64,000 nt of DNA, from contig NMRA01000136.1 of NCBI GenBank assembly GCA_002633005.1, forward strand, positions 299,657 through 363,656, written 5' to 3'. Of the stretch, positions 60,801-64,000 are shown piece by piece. Both the position numbers and the translations under genes were made by a program. This stretch comes from Phoronis australis. Its lineage: Eukaryota > Animalia > Phoronida. Numbering within the stretch: position 1 is the first letter of the stretch; each line of letters opens with the position of its first letter. The notes under the pieces are model-generated. The model ran no database searches. It saw nothing but the letters and a program-made list of their open reading frames with translations, and was not told the DNA's origin.

Positions 60801-63800
60801 AGCTTCACCTCATTGGAGGTTAATAGTCTCTGTAGGAAATTATGACATTATATTTGGCGCCACTTAAGTGCACAGACTACAACACTTCAAGTACAAACTT
60901 CCCTCAATATAGACATGGACTTAAAAACACAAATTTCGTAATTCCCATCAACTTTGAATTTTCTGTCACAAGAGCCACTGGTTTTATCTAAGAAAAACAT
61001 CACTCTTGTTTTTCAGTTAATTGTATTGATCACAGTCAACATGTAATAAAATCAGTGGATTGACATAAACACAATTGTATTCAGTGTTTGTTGTCTTCGC
61101 TGCTGATAATACCAGTGGTGTCGGTTGTTTCTGTTCTGTCCATGGTGTGTAACTAGATTTCCAGTATATTAAGGTAGATTTTTCAGTGATTGAGAGTATT
61201 TTTAGTGGAATTAGAAGATTGATTTTGCTTTAAACTTCTGCTTGTGTTAATTTCAGTCGGCGCACCTGATCAGTGACGACACCCAGTGGCCCACATTGAA
61301 TGAAGTAGTGACTACAGAGGTGAGAGAGAATGGTTTATTGGGAATTATATTTCAACTGATATTGCTGTCTTCCGATTGGTTAAAAACACAATACCGTGAC
61401 TGATGCTATGGGGGGATGTTACTGTGCTGGCTGCGTTGTAACACTATTCAAGTCGCCTGGACAACAAAGTGACCAGTTGCGGGTTGCTGGAACCCTTGAT
61501 CAAGTAAACAAAGTTACCTAGTAAATGATGGCATTACAACGAAGCTTGAAGAAACTTGTGGATCTCACTGAAAAAATAATTTAAAAAAAATGTGTGCACA
61601 CTCCCACAAATGGCTTTCGCATTATATGCAGATTGTCATTCACTCCCTTGCATGCGTTCATTAGTAAGACGGAGCTCAGAGGAGTAGGTGACACCTTTGA
61701 CAAATCGCCTGAGGGGTGACACCTACTGAATCGGTAGGAGCGCACTGCGTCGATGTTTTTTACTGCCGGAGCATCGACTCGCTGACCAAACTGCACCTTT
61801 GTTTTCACGATAAAAACAGCACAAGGAGGAGAAAATTTATTCATGTTCATCTGTGAAACAATAGAGTGCTTTTGCGCTCTGTTAATTCGCTCGCCACCTG
61901 GGCAACCGGAAAGACAATTTCTACTCGCCCAGAACCATTTTTACTCGCATTGGCGAGTGGCTAAGTATATCCCTGCGTTTCCCTCTGTATCTACGGTGGT
62001 CTTTAACAGATTTTCATAAAATTGGGGACATTGGTATCTCTTAGTGAGATGAAGCTACCTTTCTGTTTTCGGATGGTTGTGGGGTATTTTGCTCCACCTA
62101 GTGGCAATTTTTTACCGTTTTCGAGTTTTTTGGCGTCTGCCCATCCATCAACCAAATGAATGTGATTGTGAAAATTTGCACGTGTTCTCACTGCAAAGAG
62201 GACGACTGACAAAGATTTTTGGACGATTTCGACTACTGTGGCACCTCCTAATAGTGCCAGTTTTGTTATTGTGTGTCCATGGCTGTATCTCCTAAACCCT
62301 TTCCAGGATCTTTATTAAATTTAGCAAGTTCATTCATATCAGGGCTTGGAATTTTCCGCGGAAACGCGGATTTCCGCTTTTTTCAAATGTGCTTTCCGCT
62401 TTTTTTATAATATTTCCGCGTAAAAAAATCAGATTTGATATAAAATTTCCGCGGCAAATTCCTTTCTTACCACGGCGTTGCAGACGACGTTCACCTCGAA
62501 AAGCGGAAGTTGCTCTTTATGTTTCGGAGGAACGTAAATTGACAACTTTGCCGGGGCAGCTGGGACATCGTGGTGGGATATTCAAAAGCGTCTCGTGTTA
62601 TTGTTGAGCGCGGCGACAAATACTACCGCTCTGCAGCCAAAAATGTGTGGGTTGGGAGTGGACGGACGAGCTAAAAGGATGCAGACGCATGCTACTGATG
62701 GTGGTAACGTTTTTTTTTATTTTATTTTTTTTTTTTAGTCCTCCCGATTTCTGTCGGGGAAAGGTTCACATTGACCATTTCAAGGCTGGTTATCGGGCAT
62801 GATTTGGGCCGTAAAAGTTTCCGCGTTTTTTGTCATTGGTCATTCCAAGCCCTGTTCATATGAAGTTGACAACAGATTTGGTGTATTCTGCGCCACCCTG
62901 TGCAATTTTGAAACCCCTAGAAACACGCCATTTGCGGTGCAGTCGTGGGTGCATTTCAACACTGCATTTACTGAAACAAGTGAAATTTTCAGTGTTGCAT
63001 TGGTGTGTAATGTTAATGTTTTGAGTCACTGAAAAGGTAACGCATTATCTCAGCACAGCATGGTCGTAGTCATGGTCTGGAGTGTGAAGAAAGTATTCTA
63101 TTTCATGCAAGCGTGGCTTCATTTCATGGTTTGTCTACGACTGAAGTGACGATTATCTTGCTTGATTGGAAGGTGGTTGTTCTTAATAGGGTGGCATTTA
63201 TTACGCGAATGGATTGTCGTGCGCAAGTAATATGAGCTATGACTACGTTGTCCCATGTCAGGAAATAAACTATACAAAATCGAGTTTTGTACACAGGATG
63301 TCCTGAATGAAATAAACAAAAGAAGTTTTTTAGGTGTCTTGATTTTCGGGCTGAATGTTTAAGAATCCTGGAAAACTCCCTTCATCCCACCCAAATGTTC
63401 TCTCTCGATGTTTAAAAAATTCCTCCCAAGGTTAGAATCACTTCTTAAAAACGTTATTTTTGCTACTTGAGGCATTTTCGATTAGGGGTGGTGAGCGGAC
63501 CGTGGTGGGGATTTTCCTCTGAACTAAAATTTCTATTGGGAAGGTACAGTTGCCTTTCTCCTCAGATGTGTGTTACTGTAACTTTTCTTACTTTGTCTCC
63601 TGTTTTTTTTTTGATTGCAGGCAGTCTGATACATGTTGTACCAGACGTGTGCAGGCCACGCATGTGGGCCCATTGCACGGATCACCTAGAAATATTTTTA
63701 TGCTTTATTAATATATGGTTAAAACTGAGCTGAGGAGCTAGAAACCTGGCTCAAGGGTTAAGCAGTGTGACCTGGTGGGACTCGAACCCACGACCTCGAG

Positions 63801-64000
63801 TAAAGAAAGCGGGTACTTATCAACCAGGCCACACTGCCTCCTCGGACTGGAGTTTTCCTGTGTTTTAAAGTGGAATATCTTTAACAGCCGGGCATGCAGA
63901 AGAAGTCTCCCAAGCCACCACAGCAGCAACAGCAACAACAACCCCCTCCCAACTCCCCAGGCAAACAGGCCACCGCTCCGTCATCGACCAACCAGTCCCC
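48863..64000 (+). CDS. LARP1: La-related protein 1-like, 3'-partial spliced gene
   Basis: Exons 48863-49346, 58565-58623, 61257-61319 and 63888 onward are phase-compatible. FVEAPPPKTNPW and DDTQWPTLNEV match the conserved LARP1 N-terminal motifs (EAPPPKVNPW and D..NWPT..E). The La motif itself lies beyond the window. Confidence 0.8.
49578..49659. mobile_element. 82-bp foldback MITE with 7-bp TSD
   Basis: CACAGGGGCCCACATTTTGGGAACCAGTTT...AAACTGGTTCTCAAAATGTGGGACCATGTG flanked by AGTCACT on both sides. Confidence 0.75.
49810..50035 (-). mobile_element. tRNA-derived SINE copy
   Basis: Collinear with 63615-63842 over about 225 bp; degenerate A and B boxes. Confidence 0.7.
52487..52536. repeat. 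Perfect 23-bp inverted repeat with GAAA loop
   Basis: TCTATAACAGCCAAAAAATTACA-GAAA-TGTAATTTTTTGGCTGTTATAGA. Confidence 0.9.
55150..56396 (+). mobile_element. Apparently full-length DINE/HINE-like element with internal tandem repeats
   Basis: 5' T-run, subTIR ATGCGCCCACG, nearby inverted copy GTGGACGCAT, (CCGT)n microsatellite, eight ~110-150-bp units, 3' subTIR CGTGGGCGCAT, short hairpin, CTCTTGTT end; no TSD. Confidence 0.75.
57135..57872. mobile_element. Possible non-autonomous DNA transposon
   Basis: Imperfect inverted ends GGGGTTATACAG and CTGTATAAACCCCTG; no clear TSD. Confidence 0.35.
61980..62985 (+). mobile_element. 5'-truncated DINE/HINE-like copy interrupted by a MITE
   Basis: Units CTCCACCTAGTGGCAA and GCACCTCCTAATAGTG; 3' end CGTGGGTGCATTTCAA near 62945. 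Confidence 0.6.
62340..62854. mobile_element. 515-bp MITE with 13-bp TIRs and 7-bp TSD
   Basis: CAGGGCTTGGAAT...ATTCCAAGCCCTG; TTCATAT duplicated on both sides; repeated TTCCGC subterminal motifs. Confidence 0.85.
63615..63842 (-). mobile_element. tRNA-derived SINE copy
   Basis: Minus strand GGCAGTGTGGCCTGGTTGATAAG (A box) ... GTGGGTTCGAGTCCCACCAG (B box / T-loop), followed by a body shared with 49810-50035. Confidence 0.75.

Noticed and set aside
63765-63842. tRNA gene on the minus strand
   Set aside because: A and B boxes are present but acceptor and anticodon stems are poor, and the head is attached to a body repeated at 49810-50035, so it is a SINE.

Overview
AT-rich, intron-containing animal genomic DNA, probably a marine invertebrate (taxon not determinable); no rRNA, CRISPR or prokaryotic gene structure seen. 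Left to right: (1) 3' part of a multi-repeat beta-thymosin/WH2 gene made of five 96-bp exons, one canonical 114-bp thymosin exon and a terminal exon (1648-8521); (2) a truncated RING/B-box TRIM copy (12531-13202) followed by a probable decayed PIF/Harbinger element; (3) an intact single-exon TRIM-NHL gene (22938-25007); (4) a ~5.9-kb minus-strand hAT transposon (26401-32312) whose transposase appears to carry a spliced N-terminal vertnin-type OTU protease domain and a PIP box, interrupted by a solo LTR; (5) a 3-coding-exon PHYHIP-like gene (36585-43238); (6) the 5' part of a LARP1-like gene (48863 to window end). Introns contain many DINE/HINE-like elements whose internal repeats each carry a CTCF-consensus motif, plus MITEs, a tRNA-derived SINE, and LINE and Penelope fragments. 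The most novel-looking items are the OTU-hAT fusion, the 32-aa truncated thymosin exon array and the CTCF-motif-bearing repeat family. All calls come from reading the sequence by eye; no database search was run.
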